Shown here piece after piece: positions 27,949 to 42,922 of a stretch of 64,000 nt of DNA (positions are counted from its first letter, which is position 1; each line of letters opens with the position of its first letter). Source of the stretch: Glaucostegus cemiculus (lineage: Eukaryota); NCBI GenBank assembly GCA_976551045.1, contig CDPCPM010000026.1, positions 23,188,001 to 23,252,000 on the forward strand, in the 5' to 3' direction. Under the pieces are notes generated by a model, which saw only the letters and a program-made list of their open reading frames with translations, was not told the origin of the DNA and ran no database searches. The translations under genes were made by a program, and so were the position numbers.

Positions 27949-28328
27949 CTAGATAATAGGTTAGAGTATCCAATCCTCTGAGAAACAAAAGGATCCCTTT
28001 GAATTAAGAAGGGATCAGAAACTCAATTCTCCCAGCATTTGGAGAATCAGTGCAAGTTATAAGCATCCTTGTAGGGACAGGGTATCGAAAGAGATGTGAG
28101 CAGTAATGCAAGTGCATTGCTACTGAGTAGTGTAGGAAGGTTAGAGAGAATTAATGGAATTATCAGCTGTTAGTAAAAACCAACAAACATAAAACAGAAC
28201 TAAAGAAGAGTTGAAAGCCTCATCCTTGCCCTGCTCGATGTAAATAAATTTATGTCACAACATGGATTTTTGGAGAAGACATAAATAAATTGCTATATTT
28301 CCACTTAAGTAAGCAACTGTCAGTTTAA

Positions 28329-28766
<438 letters not shown>

Positions 28767-30799
28767 TAAGTAACACTGCAAAGCTATTTTACTTGTTTCA
28801 GGTTTGAGATTTGAGTAACATACAGAGGACAATGCTCCTCTACCAAAAGAAGATAAAATTGTAACAAAGCCAGTTTCTTCTTGGCTTATGCTGCCTTGTG
28901 ATTATTTTGTTTAACATGATACTTAAGAGTAGCAGTGACAGACTAGTGTTGGCATTGTAATGAAATAGATGGGGTGTCCCCACCTCATTTTTTCTCAGAC
29001 TGCAGTCATTAGGCGTCTGAGGATTTTTAATAAAGTGGCCTTCCCTGGGGCCCTAGTGTCTCAAGTATTCTTTCGCTGGCCAAAGAGACAGAGGCAGTAG
29101 TCCTTCCCTCTTTAACTGGTCCCTCCGTTGACGATATCATGCACCCTGTGGATTGCTGGTAGATTCTGTCACCAGAGGGCCATGATCTAGGTAGTCACAA
29201 GAAATTGTGATGCTGAGAAACCAGCAACTGGGCACTAGTTTTCACAAGGATCCAACTAATGGTCAGGAGAAATATATGCAACTGTCACCTATCAGTGACA
29301 ATGAGAAAGAAATCCTTTATAGTTTCATGCATTACTTGTGCAATATAGTAATGATTGCATTTTTGTGCTCCATTTCCCAAATATAGTTCATTAACTTCAA
29401 TGAAACAGAATTTTGGAAGTAGAATACTGCATACAGACACAATTATACTGTAAATTTAACACATGCATCAAAAGATGAATTTATTGCTTACTGTATCCAT
29501 CAGGTGCTGAGTAGACTCCCAGTGAGGAGAAGTAATCCTATTATTCATAAAGATCTTTAATGGCTTGAAGATAACCATATATTCAGATGTGTATATTACT
29601 AAATTGACTTATATTTACTGCATTTGTTAAAAAATTGTTCTTTTTAATATTATTCAAACCTAGAAGTGGAATATATCTCATTAGAGATTTAAATGGCAAA
29701 ATAATCAAATGTATGTTGGAAGGTATTCAAATCCATGTAGGATTCAGTGCAATAACCTTCTACAACCTATGTAATTTAAGTTAATGTCACTGAAGCTCCT
29801 CAGATGTAATGGATTTCAGTGAGAAAATGTACAAACGTCAAGAATATGCCTTGTTAGCATTTGTCTACGTGCATCTTGAGGCATGAGCATGAAGCAACTA
29901 CATTAATCAGGATATGTGGTTTACCAGTATTCTATCTGTAGACATAGCTGGAAACCGAGTTAAAATATTATAGCCATTTAACATTGAAACTGAATCACAA
30001 GAAAAACCTTCCAGTCCCACTGGGTTAGATGGCTGAATTCCAATCATTTAAACACTGGCACTGTTCTCCAAACCACTGCAGTTTAAATACAATTTAATTT
30101 TGGGCACGGATTTTTGCTTATCCTTACGTTTCACCCACAAATTCCTGGCCAATATTTAATGGATTTAACATCTTTTAGCATGTTAGCTCAGCCACAAAAC
30201 TGAGCAATTTTTTTGGCTCCACAGGTGCCGATTTGTTTCCCATTTTGCTTGCGAATTGTGAGTGGACAATTTAGTGAGACTTGCACTGCTACTCAGATTA
30301 GAAAGCACAGTAACACAGCCAGCGCTCAGTCACGCAGGAAGCTTGCAAGTGGTAGGACACTGATCCTCCAAATTAAACTGCGACACTCCTACTGATGCCA
30401 AGTATTATTCATTCCCAAGGAACCTGGTGATTAGCTGCAGGCAGATCCATACCTCCTCCTCCCTTCCCAACAGGCACTGTTTAAAGGGATTCTCAATGAC
30501 TTGCAGGTTGTTTGATGATTAATTTGGAACAGAGTTCTTTGGCGTGAACTACAACAATAGAGTAATGTTTTCTAACCTCTTTGGTGAGTACCCTAAGTCC
30601 GAACATGCAATCTCAATTTTTATCTTCAGCCATTATCTTTTTCTTAGGATCTCATGAACAAAAACTACTTGCTTTCACAGTGGAAGATGCCAGTGCATAA
30701 ACTCTTTTGAAGAGCTGTGATCGTTGCACATCAGCTGTCACATAATCTCAACAGAGTCATGGCAATGAAGTCCAAGAGACCAGGCTCTGCTGTATAAAT

Positions 30800-31440
30800 T
30801 TAGCACAGACACAAATGTGAGTCACTTGCTGACAGAAATGGGCACTTTGGTGCAGATCTCCTTGGCCATCAATGATCTAGGAAGGAGAAGAGGGACACAG
30901 TATAGGGCACCCTGTAAGAAGGAGGAGGAGAAGGGGTGTCTGCAGAAGGGAACTTCCTCAACATATTTTCAGACAGCAGTGGTTTGCATACATGAGTGGG
31001 GAAGATTGGTTGTGGGGATTCTGGTTCCGCTGACATGTGGCGACTGAGTTCTGATCTGTACTCTGACCACAACTGCAGCTGCAGTGCCGTGTCAGGACCA
31101 GATTGCCTGTGGCTGCTTTGGCGGTTTTGCCAGTTCAGTTTCTGCTTCATGCTCTTTTGGGGCTGCGCTGGGATTGTGTTGCAATATGTAATACATTGCT
31201 GCATTTGGAAGATCATGGAGGCTCTCTACTTGAGGAGAGGCAAGTTCACCTCTTTCTCCTTGGGTAGGTAGCACCAGGAAGTGCACTCATGGAGGACTGT
31301 CAATATTGTGAGTTGCTTGATGGCACACAATGTCACTGACTACACTGATAAAGTATTAAAGTGCCTTAAAGTGCAGAAATGTATCTTCACCGAGATGAGT
31401 TTCACTCCCTCAATATTCAACTGGTCTATGACCCATAAAT
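30800..31440 (+). mobile_element. Fossil PIF/Harbinger (HARBI1-like) transposase; the element may extend from about 30090 to 32700
   Basis: Fragments RRRRRR...IFRQQWFAYMSGE, IHCCIWKIMEALYLRRGKFTSF, LLDGTQ and AEMYLHRDEFHSLNIQLVYD occur in HARBI1 order, with frameshifts and stops. Confidence 0.72.
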
Positions 31441-33979
31441 AGAAAAGGCCTTCTTTTGGCATCAATTGACATTGCACTCTATCCTAAAGCCAATATGCCA
31501 GACCAACATATCCCTGGCTCCTGACTCCAGGGTAGGTTCTACATACAAGAGCTGAAGACTCTTGCCTGCAGCACCTGCAATATAATAAAGCAAGAGCCAC
31601 GGTTCTGCTGCTGGATCACTCTGGAGACATGCTCCTGGACCCCTCAAGGTGGGTGTCTCAATTTGTGGTGACTTTCTGCATCCTCCAGTGCCTAGTGATC
31701 ATGTAGATTTGGAGCAGGAGAAGGAAGAGGCAGTGATATTGGGTGATCCTTTCTGGCATGCCTTGTGATTTCAGTGAGGACAAATGTGAACCGAAGCACC
31801 TCACTCTAGGGATGAAGCAGTTTGTCGCTGCCAATGGAAAGACCTGGATAACATTCTTAGTGCCCAGAACCATGATATCAGCAATCTGAACTTGCGCAGA
31901 AGAAGTTGCAGCTTTCAGACATCAGGTGCTTTGTATCTGCTGTATCTGCAAGTGATGAAATGGAGCTGGCCATTGGGTTTGTCCAGGACAGATGGAGATC
32001 AAAGTTCTGTGCAGAGCAGTGTGCATGCTGGAAGTGGATAGCATGATGCTGTTTGGTATTTCACACATACTTTCATCCAATGCACTCAGCATCCTATTCT
32101 CTATGTCAAACCTCCTCCATCAGCAGGTTGCCCCATCCTCTGGATCAGAATTGCTGTCAGCCAGTGCACCTTTACGCCCTGCCCCAGCTGCAGGATTCCA
32201 CCTCCACCCATTTGCTGATGCTGCCACGGTTTTACTTGAACTGCTGGCAGCTGGGGTGGTGGCTGTGTGAGCAGGTGACTTTGCCTTTGTTCCCTTACTG
32301 CTCTGCAGCCACCTGGGTGGAGTTGTGGGCTATCTGAAAGAGGAAAGGCTCAAGAGAAGGGGAATGGCAAGGGCTGAAATGGGTGCAAGAGGTTTATCCT
32401 TTGCCTGTGGCCATCCAAAACCTGTGAAATTACTTTTACCATTGTAACCAGAGGCAAAACGCATCTCCTCTTTAAGGTTTGCAGCATGGTGTCAGTCAGT
32501 GGTGGCTGGTTTTAATAAAATGGCTCCCTTAGCAGTCCACTCAGGCAATAAGCTCGTTCGTGCTCTCTGCACATTGAAATCATGATAGTGAGCACAACAT
32601 TTGTGTGCATACTTCACTTGGCCATGAGTGCATGGGTTAATCACACATTGAGATCCCAGCACACATTTTCCAATCCTATTCTATTTCCACCCCCCAGGGT
32701 ATTTCCAACCCCATCTCCACTCCTTACCTTTAATGGATTGGAGGCAGAGGCCTTCTATTCTGACTTTCCAAACGTGCACTTCTAGTTCCAAGATATTCAC
32801 AGTGCAGCCAAAGGACATGTAATGGGAACACACACAAAATATCAGTCATCAGGAAGCTTCAACAGTGTGTATTTCCCAAAAATGACAGCATTAAGTGAGG
32901 TAAGGAAATGGTAACCTAATCTTGAGTTTATGATCATTAAACAGCACTTAATCAGATTCTGACAGACAAGTGCTTAATTGTGTTCTGCATACATTTCCCT
33001 CAACCTTTTAAGTCCCAATATTGGCATCAGAGAGCTTAATTCATCCATTAGCATGCCCACAGGGAGAGGTAGATTGCCAGCATGTACTGTCAGTTTGGAC
33101 TCGTAGCCAACATATTCCACGTTTAAATAAATGACAATGTGGATCAAGGCTGCTCAGCAGAAAAGGGGATGTTAAGAGCAGAGTAATATGTATTTCCATT
33201 GTCTGTTGATGGATCTGTCAAACTCTCTTATTATCAAACCAGCTATCAAATTTAGTGTTAGATCCTAGTGCCATTAGCAGAATCTTTCATGAAATATCAA
33301 ATGTTAACTGTACATTCTCAGGCTTTACAGTCTATAGCTTTATCCTACATTTAAGAGAGAAAGGAGTATTACCATCTTTCTTTATGACTGGAAATAACCA
33401 CACTGAACACTTTTGATATATCAAGATATCTTGAAAGGAGAATTTCACGTTTGGAAAACACAAATATTAAAAAAGCAGCATGGATTCTGACAACTGGGAG
33501 AGGTACATGGAATAAAAAAAGATGACAGAGCAAAAAAATTTTAAAAAGTAGTTTGAAATGAAACTTGTCAGGGATAACAAAATCAATAAAAAATATTTAC
33601 AATTTAATCAGCAAGCATATTATGGCAAAAAACAGGGTGGCCCTTAGAAATCAAAATGGTGATATAACAGAGAGAAATAAAGAATTGATGCATACATTAT
33701 ACAACTACTTTGCATTAATATTTAGCATAAAGAAAAGGATAACATGGCAGATATCCAAAGAATACTAATATTGCATCACAGAATGTCAGAGACAATCCAA
33801 GAACATAATGGGCAGAATTGAGTTGTAATGAATTTACCGCTCAGACTCCCTGCCTGTCCGCATTTACCTGGGTTGGATATGGAGAGTCAAACAAGCTGAC
33901 CCCGCCCCTGCACCAGAAGGAATTTAATGAGCTGAATCAAGGCCATCCTGACAGGAAGCAAGTCTGGGGCAGAGCCTTA

Positions 33980-34190
33980 TTTAGAGTCATAGAGCAATAC
34001 ATTACAGATACAGGCTCTTCAGCCCAACGAGTCCATGCTAACCATAGTGCTCACCCTGCTGGTCCCAATTTTCTCCCTCTAAGCCTTACCTCTCCATGTA
34101 CCTATCCAGGTGCTTCTTAAATGATACTAATGTACCTGCCTCAAAAATCACTTCCTCTGGCAGCTCATTCCATATACTCACCTCCCTCTG
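33980..34190 (-). mobile_element. CR1-type 3' end
   Basis: tagagtcatagagcaatac...ggctcttcagcccaac is the reverse complement of the CR1 tail. Confidence 0.75.
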
Positions 34191-34859
34191 CGCTGTAGCC
34201 TGTCAAGGTTCAGTAATGTTATTTAGATATTCCTGATACTCCTAGATATTTAAAGGTTATCAAAATTGCTTGGATTAGTATAAAATAATCTTTTTAAAGA
34301 TTATAAAATTAAACACATTGAAATACATTAAAGTGAATTAAAAAGTAATTGAAATTACCTTGCTGTTTCATATAGATGTATAAATTAGGAATAGGAGTAG
34401 TCTAGTTAGTCTGTCAACCCTGCTTTGTCATCCAACAAAATCATGGTTGATTTGCTTGTATTCTCGATTTTGCATGTTCTGCAGGAACCTTTTGATTACA
34501 TGCTTATCAAGAAACTATCTACTTCTCACTAATAGCTATCCAAGGACACTTTTCCACCACCTTTTGATCTCCAAAAATTCAGAACTTAAAAGAAAATACT
34601 TTGTCTCATCGCTGCTTCCAATTCATGTTTAAACAGTGACCATGTGATCTACAGGGCTGGAAGTCCCCATTTAAATGAATGGGGTCATTGCTGTTACATC
34701 GCCATGTCTGGCATGGTATCAGGGAATTCCACCATGTTCTCACTCCAGTGCTGGACTCCATGCAGAGCTAGTTTCCAACCCAGATGATAACATTGTAGGT
34801 GTCCCGACAAAATCTTTCGGGAATTTTTCTTTCAGATTGGAAAACTCAGCATGTCATAT

Positions 34860-35465
34860 CATTAACTAAAAAAGACAAATGGAAACCAACCAATTATAGC
34901 CTTACATCTGAGGCTGGGAAATTACTTGAATATAATTAAGAATAAACTTGCAGAAGACTAGAAAAAATTTTAGCAGGTCAGAGAAATTTACTTCATAAAT
35001 CTACACTGAATCTGTTTGGAAAATCTGACTGCACTGAAGTTTTCAGAATGTGTGGTTAAAGTATTGGACAAAAGATTGTCTGGGGATATTATTTATATGT
35101 ACTTCCAGAAGGCATTTGATGTAGTTCCTTATTAAGAGTCTATTAGCTATCATTAAAGCTCATGGGACTGAAGGAAAATTATTGACCTCATTAGAAAATC
35201 AACTGAGCGGCAGGAGGCAGGGAACTGAGGTAAAGGGCAAATATTCAAATTGGCAGGATGTGACCAGCAGCATCCCGTAGGAATCTAATTAGACCGCAAC
35301 AACTTATGTTTACAGATGACTTGGATAACAGAATTGAAAGCCATGTAATTCAGTATACTAATGACACAAAGATGGGCAGCAGTGTAAGCAGTGCAGATAC
35401 AGGCATTAAATATGAAGAAAGATATTGTTTGATGAAGTGAATGGCCAGAACTGTGGCAAATAGAT
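34860..35465 (+). mobile_element. Old CR1 RT fragment
   Basis: gatattatttatatgtacttccagaaggcatttgat resembles DVIYLDFQKAFD; a DDTK motif follows. Confidence 0.7.
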
Positions 35466-35784
35466 TTCTTCTAATGGTTTAAATAATTGTTAATGACCAG
35501 TATTTGGTTGTATTTGTTTTAATAACATGATTATACACATGTGCAAAACAATCAGAATTTTCTATAACTGTGGATAAGTTGATGGGATATGCTCTTTAAG
35601 AGCAGATGACCCTTTAGGTGTTTTCATGCTTGTATGCCAATTTTAAAATGCTAAGCATTTAGATGAATTAGGTGATTTAGATTAAATTTTCAGTGGTTTT
35701 CTACTTGTAAATTTCAGGTTTTGAAAGGTGGAAAGTTATACCCATGGCAAATAATTAATATAGAAATAGTCTGGGTCATTTCCA

Positions 35785-35962
35785 GCAGGTTGGAAGGTTA
35801 ATTGGGCACTGTAAATTCCCCCTAGTTTATAGATAAGTAGGAGAGAATCTGGGAGAAGTCACGGGGAGAATAAAATGGGATTCGTGTAAGACTAGTATAA
35901 AGAGGTGCTTGGCACTGACCAGGTGGGCTGAAGAGCGAGTTCCCATGCTGTATGACTCCATG
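35785..35962 (+). mobile_element. HE1-type SINE 3' half
   Basis: ggttaattgggcactgtaaattccccctagt followed by a CR1-like tail. Confidence 0.65.
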
Positions 35963-36250
35963 GCAGGTGCTCCTTTCCTGTCCCTGATGCCTAAGGAAAT
36001 TGAGGGAGTTGTGAGGAACAGGGATAAGGTGGGAAAGTGGAAATGAGGAAGGTGGTCACTCGTGTTCTTGCTGAATGATGGAAAAGTCTTGTTGGGTCTT
36101 GTGGTATTTTTTACGTTCTTATATTTTAAGCAATATATGCAACTGTATTTAGGCATCACATCAGAATATAACAGATAATTGTAGAATAAATTTGTTTGAA
36201 AGGTTCTGGTTAACAGTAACTTCTTATATTTTGTGGAACTTTTTTTTTAG

Positions 36251-36385
<135 letters not shown>

Positions 36386-37299
36386 TAAGTGTCATCAACA
36401 GAAAACAAATCTCTTCTCTGTGTAATGTATTCTTTTGTACATGAAAATTACAGTTTGAACTATGTGATGAGTTGACTGTCAATTGCTAGATTATTACTGT
36501 GGGGAGTAAAAAATCTGAATAGGGACAAGGCCACACAGAAATTATCGCTCGTGCCTAGGGTTTAAATTATTCATTTTAAATTTAGTTCTAGTTATAATTG
36601 TTTGACAAAATCAGATTTTTTTGGTTATTAAAAAGAATTCAAACATATGCATCAGCTTCTATAATAAACAGCAACTAAATTGTTGTGGTGACCTGCACAT
36701 TCAGTGGTGTATCACTGCTGCCCATGTTTTCACTGTTCTGTTGAGTTACCCCAGTCACGTCACAAATCAATCACTTGGTTGTCCATGCATGATTTCTGCA
36801 TTTTGAATTCTGCATTTTTAAAGTGACATGCATAGCTGACATTGTAAAACATATATTTCCAACAGAATGTTATTGGTATGTAAAAAAGCATTTGTTAAGT
36901 AGGTCTTTGGCAGGTGTCTTTTTTGGTTATTAGTTAAAACAGAAAAATCCAAGTCCTGTTCATATATAATTCAATGGCTTAAGAAGGAGTAGGATTGACA
37001 TGACTTGGGCCAAGTTTGAATTACAGCTTGTGCACATTCCCAAAGGTCGAATAGAAAGGTAGAGCCACCCAAGAAAGTAGTGACAAAATAATTAAACTTC
37101 AGTTTGGAGACTGAAGGAAATGGATGCTTCAAAACTCCTATATATGAGGGTTAGGATTCTAAGGATTAAAGTAATAAACTTTGCTGGAGAACAAAGCTGC
37201 AATAAAACAAACATTACTGAATCCTACTTTAATGATGACCCAGGTGAGCAAACATACAAGACCAAAAAGGAACAGATTGTTTTGTGTGGTAAAACATTA

Positions 37300-38200
37300 G
37301 ATAAAATTCAGTTGCTAGTTTATGATTCTTTTGAGGAGGTAACCAGGTGTTGGGGGGAGAGGGTCAGTGAGGGCAGTACATTTGATGCAGACAATAAGGA
37401 TATTACCAAAGCTTTTGGGCAGGAAAGTGGCAAATGGAATTTAATCCAGGAAAGATGAGGTAGGTATTTGGAGAAGTGCAACAAGGCAAGGAAATATACA
37501 ATAAATGGAAGGTAAGTGAGTGAAGGATTAAAGTGTATATCACAGAGTCTTAAGATAACAGAATAGGTCAAAAAGGCATGTAGGATGCATTTTAATTTTT
37601 TGAAAATTTTAGTTCCTGAAAAAATTAATTATAGCAAGTAACTTATAAGAGCAGGGAGGTTATGCTGGAACTGTCTACGACACTAGTTAGATCACAGCTT
37701 GAGCACTGCGAACCATTCGAGTCATAATGTTTCAAGAAAGATATACTTGAATTCGAGAGGGTACAGAAAAGATATACAAAGATATTGCAGTGAATGGAAA
37801 GTTATAGCTGCAAGGAAAGATTAGATAAGCTATGGTTATTTTCTTTGAAACAGAGGAAGCTGAAGGGTGCATAAAATTATGAGGGCCCTAGATGCAGGAA
37901 GGACCTGTTTCCCTTAGCAGAGTGTTCAATAACCAGGAGCCACAGCTTTAAAGTAATTGGTAGAAGGGTTAGAGGGGAGACAAGGACATTTTTGTCAGAT
38001 AGAGGATGGTAAGTAACTGGAATTCACTACTTGAAGGAGTAGTAAGGGCAGAAACCCTCAGCACATTTAATCTGTACAATGTGTACTTGAAAAGCCATTA
38101 TCTACAGGGAGATGGACTAATTGCTAGAAGATGGGAATGCTCCTGGTTGGTTCTTTTTAAACTGGCCTCCTTCCATGTTGTAAATCTCCATGATTCTATA
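37300..38200 (+). mobile_element. Decayed CR1 LINE 3' part with internal deletions
   Basis: Similar to 26482-27117 (ctagttagatcacagcttgag, gagagggtacag, ctggaattcactac). Confidence 0.75.
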
Positions 38201-40035
38201 AGGTTGACTGAAACAGTAAGGTGTGAGTGCACTTGGTAAATAGATGAGTTTGGTTACCTGGAATGGACTAAAAATTGAGATAAGAGTGAGGACGTGTTCA
38301 AAGGCACAATGCTAGATTATCAACTGGAACAAATAGGCAGGAAACCTACTTGAGGAGTGAAGTTATTGGACCTGATAATTACCTACTTCAAGATAGTTTT
38401 GAAAGGTGAATTCCACTGGATGCCCGTGAAATATTCCTCAATCCTCAACCTAGGAAAATGGAACAAGAGAACGTTGAAATTCTAGCACACCAGAACTCAC
38501 TCTTGATAAAACATGGCCATCAGTGTGGACCTGCACACTGGACTACAGTGTACATCTTTTTATGACATGCTTTGCTGTATTTCCATTGACCTACATGACC
38601 CTCTTCCTATATGGGGAGATTCTCAGTACTGAGAGCAGGCTGTTGACCAGGCCAATAATTTCCTAAATAGTCACTACATTTTCTGGGGAAATGTGAATAA
38701 TTATACTTGGTGAAAAACTGCTAATTTTCCATTATTTATATGGAGTCCATTGAGTAGAATCTACTTAGTGACGCTTGCTGGCCTCCAAAATGCATCTTCC
38801 CACTTCTTGCAAGTTAAGCAGTCAAAGCCAGCAAGGTCGCCAGCTGAAATGCTCCATAAAATGCAGAGGTAAAGTATCCATTAAGTTCAAATTAAGTTGT
38901 CACCTACCAACTGGAAAATGCTGTTTAGCCACAATTAAGTATGATTGGGTGCATCTTTCTATCATGTGTTTCAGTGCAAGCACTTTTTTGGTTGTTTTTA
39001 TTGTTGAATTTTGCAGTCCTCTCTTGAATAAAAATTAGACATAAGATTTGATTGAATTACTGTAATATATAAAAGCAGTCAATATTCCAAAATTAAATGA
39101 TGTTGACATACAAATGAACATACAAAGCAGGATCAAGATTTGGCCAGTCGACCCATTGAACCTACTCTTCCATTTCAATAGGATCATGCCTAATCTGATA
39201 GTAAGCTCATCTCTGTATTCACACATCAACCCAGGTAACCTTTAACCTCCCCCCCAACCCCCAGTTTATTTAAGCATCTATCCATTTCTAGTCCACAGAG
39301 CTTTGGGGAAGAGAGTTCCAAGGACTCAGGACCCTTGGAGAAAAAACTGAGCATTCTTCTTGTTAAATGGAAAAATCTCTGCAGTTTTCATATAATGTAT
39401 TCAATTATTTGCCATTCACAAGCAGTCAGTGTTATGTTTCTCATCAGCCTGCATCGTTTAGTTTGAGGATCAATTTGAAAAGTAATCTCTGCTATAGAGT
39501 ACAATCACTTTGGATTCAAAATTGTGGGAGTGGCAGTTTGGAAAGTATAACCCTAGGGGTGAAAATAAGCAGCATTAATTATACTAACTTCTGACTCCAG
39601 CACCCTGGCTAATAAAGTGTTTTATTGAGTTAACATCGCTAGTTTTAGTGGAAAATGTCAAAGTGAAGGAACAATGGATGACATATTGTTATTTAATTTT
39701 GTTGTTTTAGTAGCAAGCTACAAATCGGGTTCCAGAATTCACTAAGATGTTTGCTGAATCAAACATGGTGCAGTGAATGACATGCAATAGTTTCACAAAT
39801 GTTTTCCCATGACTTACTTAAAAACCTGTAATTATTAACCACTGACAACTGGGATAAAAATGTACATTGGTAACAAGTCCTTATTATTTTTTGGTTTTGA
39901 TATATCTACCACATCATGATTAAATTTATGAATTGTTTGTGGAAATGCAATAAACCCAAATAGAATTAACCAATAAATTTCCTACCAGTGTACTAAGGAT
40001 GGATGTATAATAGACTCTATGCATTTTGTCAACAG

Positions 40036-40062
40036 GGCACTCGCACATGTTAAGTTCACAAA
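40036..40062 (+). CDS. CMIP: CMIP microexon (27 nt): ALAHVKFT(K)
   Basis: Acceptor gtcaacag, donor aa|gtaagt; fills the EALAHxKFTK gap in CMIP; phase 2-2. Confidence 0.92.
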
Positions 40063-40961
40063 GTAAGTAATGTAATTTATATCTTTTACCTTATTCATAT
40101 TGAAATTATTTTGGAGGATTTATGGTTCATTTTAATTTCTCCCTTGATACCCTGTGTTCACGACACTAAATCCAGTGAGTGCAAAGTATATTGGACTCTG
40201 ATACATTTTTTACAATATGTTCCTTATAATGCAGCCTAAAATAAAATTTATTGAAACTTCTTACACTTGTTTCAATGTTCATATGAAAAAGTTGTATTTT
40301 TGGAGCTTTCTAAAAATTTTTGGAAGTGTGATTTTCTTAGGCTAGGTTATTCAATGTAGAATGTACAGCCAAAATCCAGCCCAACTGACATTTTAAACTA
40401 ACCATTGTGAACCTCCTTATTCCCAAAGTCATTGACTTATTAAATAGCAAAATATAAATTAGCTTCATTCTTGTTCAGTTTTTAAAGATCAATTTCCACA
40501 ATCAAAGTACCTTAACGTTAAACTGGCCCCTTACTTAGATGATATGAAGTGATTTTTTTACACAAAACTATATGCATACTGTTTGTTTAAATGGGATTGA
40601 ATTCTCTCAGAATACTTAAGACATTTAATTACCGATGTATTGAAAAGAAATCTTTCTAATAGATATATTATTCCTTGAAATGGTTTGAGTTGTCTTTATT
40701 TGGGCAGGATGCCAGTCATGTAAACTTACAACAACTGGCATCTTTTACTTGAAAATATTCAATCTCACCCTGACCTATGTTCTTGGTTGAGTGTCTCACA
40801 AACCAGTTGGCTTCAATTCCTCATTGTAAGCAGGGGAAGCATAGTTGTGGACAAGAATGTTCCTTTTTAAGACATAATATCCTCTTTCATATTTATATTT
40901 TACCTATTGCTTATGAAAACTATTCCTATTATTTCATAATCATCTTTGTACTTATTCTCAG

Positions 40962-41010
40962 AGAATTAAAGTATGTCATTCAAAGATTCGCAGAAGACCC
41001 CAGACAAGAG
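40962..41010 (+). CDS. CMIP: CMIP exon (49 nt): ELKYVIQRFAEDPRQE
   Basis: Acceptor ttctcag, donor gag|gtgagt. Confidence 0.96.
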
Positions 41011-42486
41011 GTGAGTAAGATCTGTAAAATGGCTTGTCAGTTATTCTATGGCTTTGGAGGTACACATAGCAATATTAGCAAATTTATTGTCATTTGTAAT
41101 GGTAAAAAGCCTGAAAAAGTAAGCCCATTGGTAATCTATGGCGTGAGTAAGGGCTCAGAATGATTAATTCCATCTTTGAAGATGTGAGGCATTTGTCTGT
41201 TTATATCATGAATACTGATCTCAATACATGTTTACTAACTACACTTAACTATACTTTGCAATGGACCAGAATATACTGCAGCCATTCTTTGTTAGACTTG
41301 CCATTTCCCTTTAAATTTCAATGACCCTTTTCACTAGAAACCACACATTAGTCAGGCAGGGTGGTGAAGGCAGAAGTACACTATTGAACAGGGTGGATAT
41401 TTTTATTATGTTAGTTTAGCAGATGCATTACTATTCCTAGCTGTTCATTCCAGATTTATTCAATTACTTAAATTTAAATTCCCAAAAGGCATTGTGCTGG
41501 AAATATGAAATGTGTCTGACTAGGGCAGGTAATTGTCTACCTTCTTAACCAGCTAAGTGTAAGTATTTGTTATTGAACAGTGCAGAGTCTAAGCCAATAA
41601 GTATATGTTAGAACAGTGTATTCAATGCTGAATGGAGTACAACTAGAGCAATAAGCAGAGGCAAAGATGAAGTGATTAAGAGAGTAAAAGAAGCAAAGAA
41701 AAACTAAAAAAAAGTGTTTTGTTCATTTGTGAGGTGTGAACACTACCTGCAAGGCCAACATTTATTGCTTCTTTTGAACTACACTTGGCAAAGTATTGCG
41801 GAGCTTTATTCCTTGAACTGCTACAGCTCTTATGGTGAAGTGTTCTTAAATTGGGAGTTTGAGAATTTTGACACAGGGAAGAAGACAGAACTGTTATTTC
41901 CAAGTCAGAATGGTGTATAGATCTGCAACAATTCAAAAGTGGTGAATTTACATTCAAGTAATTAAGTACACCTAGAGTAGGCAGTTGCCATCAATAATGA
42001 AAAGGCCAGTCTGATTCACTAATGCTTAAGCCAATCTCACACGTCTGATATATAGGTGACTCCAACCCCACCAAATTGGTTGACTGCTCACTGAAATGGG
42101 TAGCAACAACTCGGTTCAATTGGGAATTAGGGGTGCACAATAAATCCTGGCCTTGCCAGCAATATCCACATACTATAAACAAACTTTACAAACATCTCTA
42201 CTCCTGGTAGAGCCAGATAAGATGATAGGGCTTTGTGCAAGATATGGAGGAATGACACAGCCGGAGGAGTACCAGAGTTGGTCTGCACTGCATGGAATGT
42301 GTCCAATTTATGCTTAAATACAGATCCTAGCCATTAGTCTCATTATTATTAATAACAAATTTGAGTCATATATAATCTTTGAGGCTCCAGAACCAGCGGC
42401 CCACCTCAATTTAGCTGAATGCTGCTGGAATGACATCTGATATGTACTATTGCTGGTCACTATTGCTGGTCTAAGGATGAACATGC

Positions 42487-42922
42487 AACATAGAACAGTA
42501 CAGCGCAGGAACTGGCCCTCTGACCCACAAGATCTGTGTTGACCGTGATACCAATTTACACTGCACATCTCCCTACACATGGCCTATATCCTTCAGTTCC
42601 CTGCTCGTTTGTATACTTGTTTAAATTCCTCTTAACTATTACCATTGTATCAGCTTCCACCATCACCCCTGGCAGTGCATTCCAGGCAGTTACCATTCTT
42701 TGTGTAGAAGAAACTTGCCACATAAATCCCCTTTAACCCTTTGCCCTCTCACCTTAAAGCAATGCTCTCTAGTCTTTGACATTTCTATCCTGGGAAAAAG
42801 ACTCTGACTATCTACCCTGTCAATGCCTCTCATAAATTTTATATACTTTTATCATGTTACCCCTCAGGCTGCTACACTCCAGAGAAAACAGTCCAAGTTT
42901 ATCCAACTTCTCTTTATAGCTA
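42487..42922 (-). mobile_element. CR1-type LINE 3' end
   Basis: catagaacagtacagc...ggcagtgcattccagg...ctatctaccctgtcaatgcctctcata is the reverse complement of the CR1 3' region. Confidence 0.85.
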
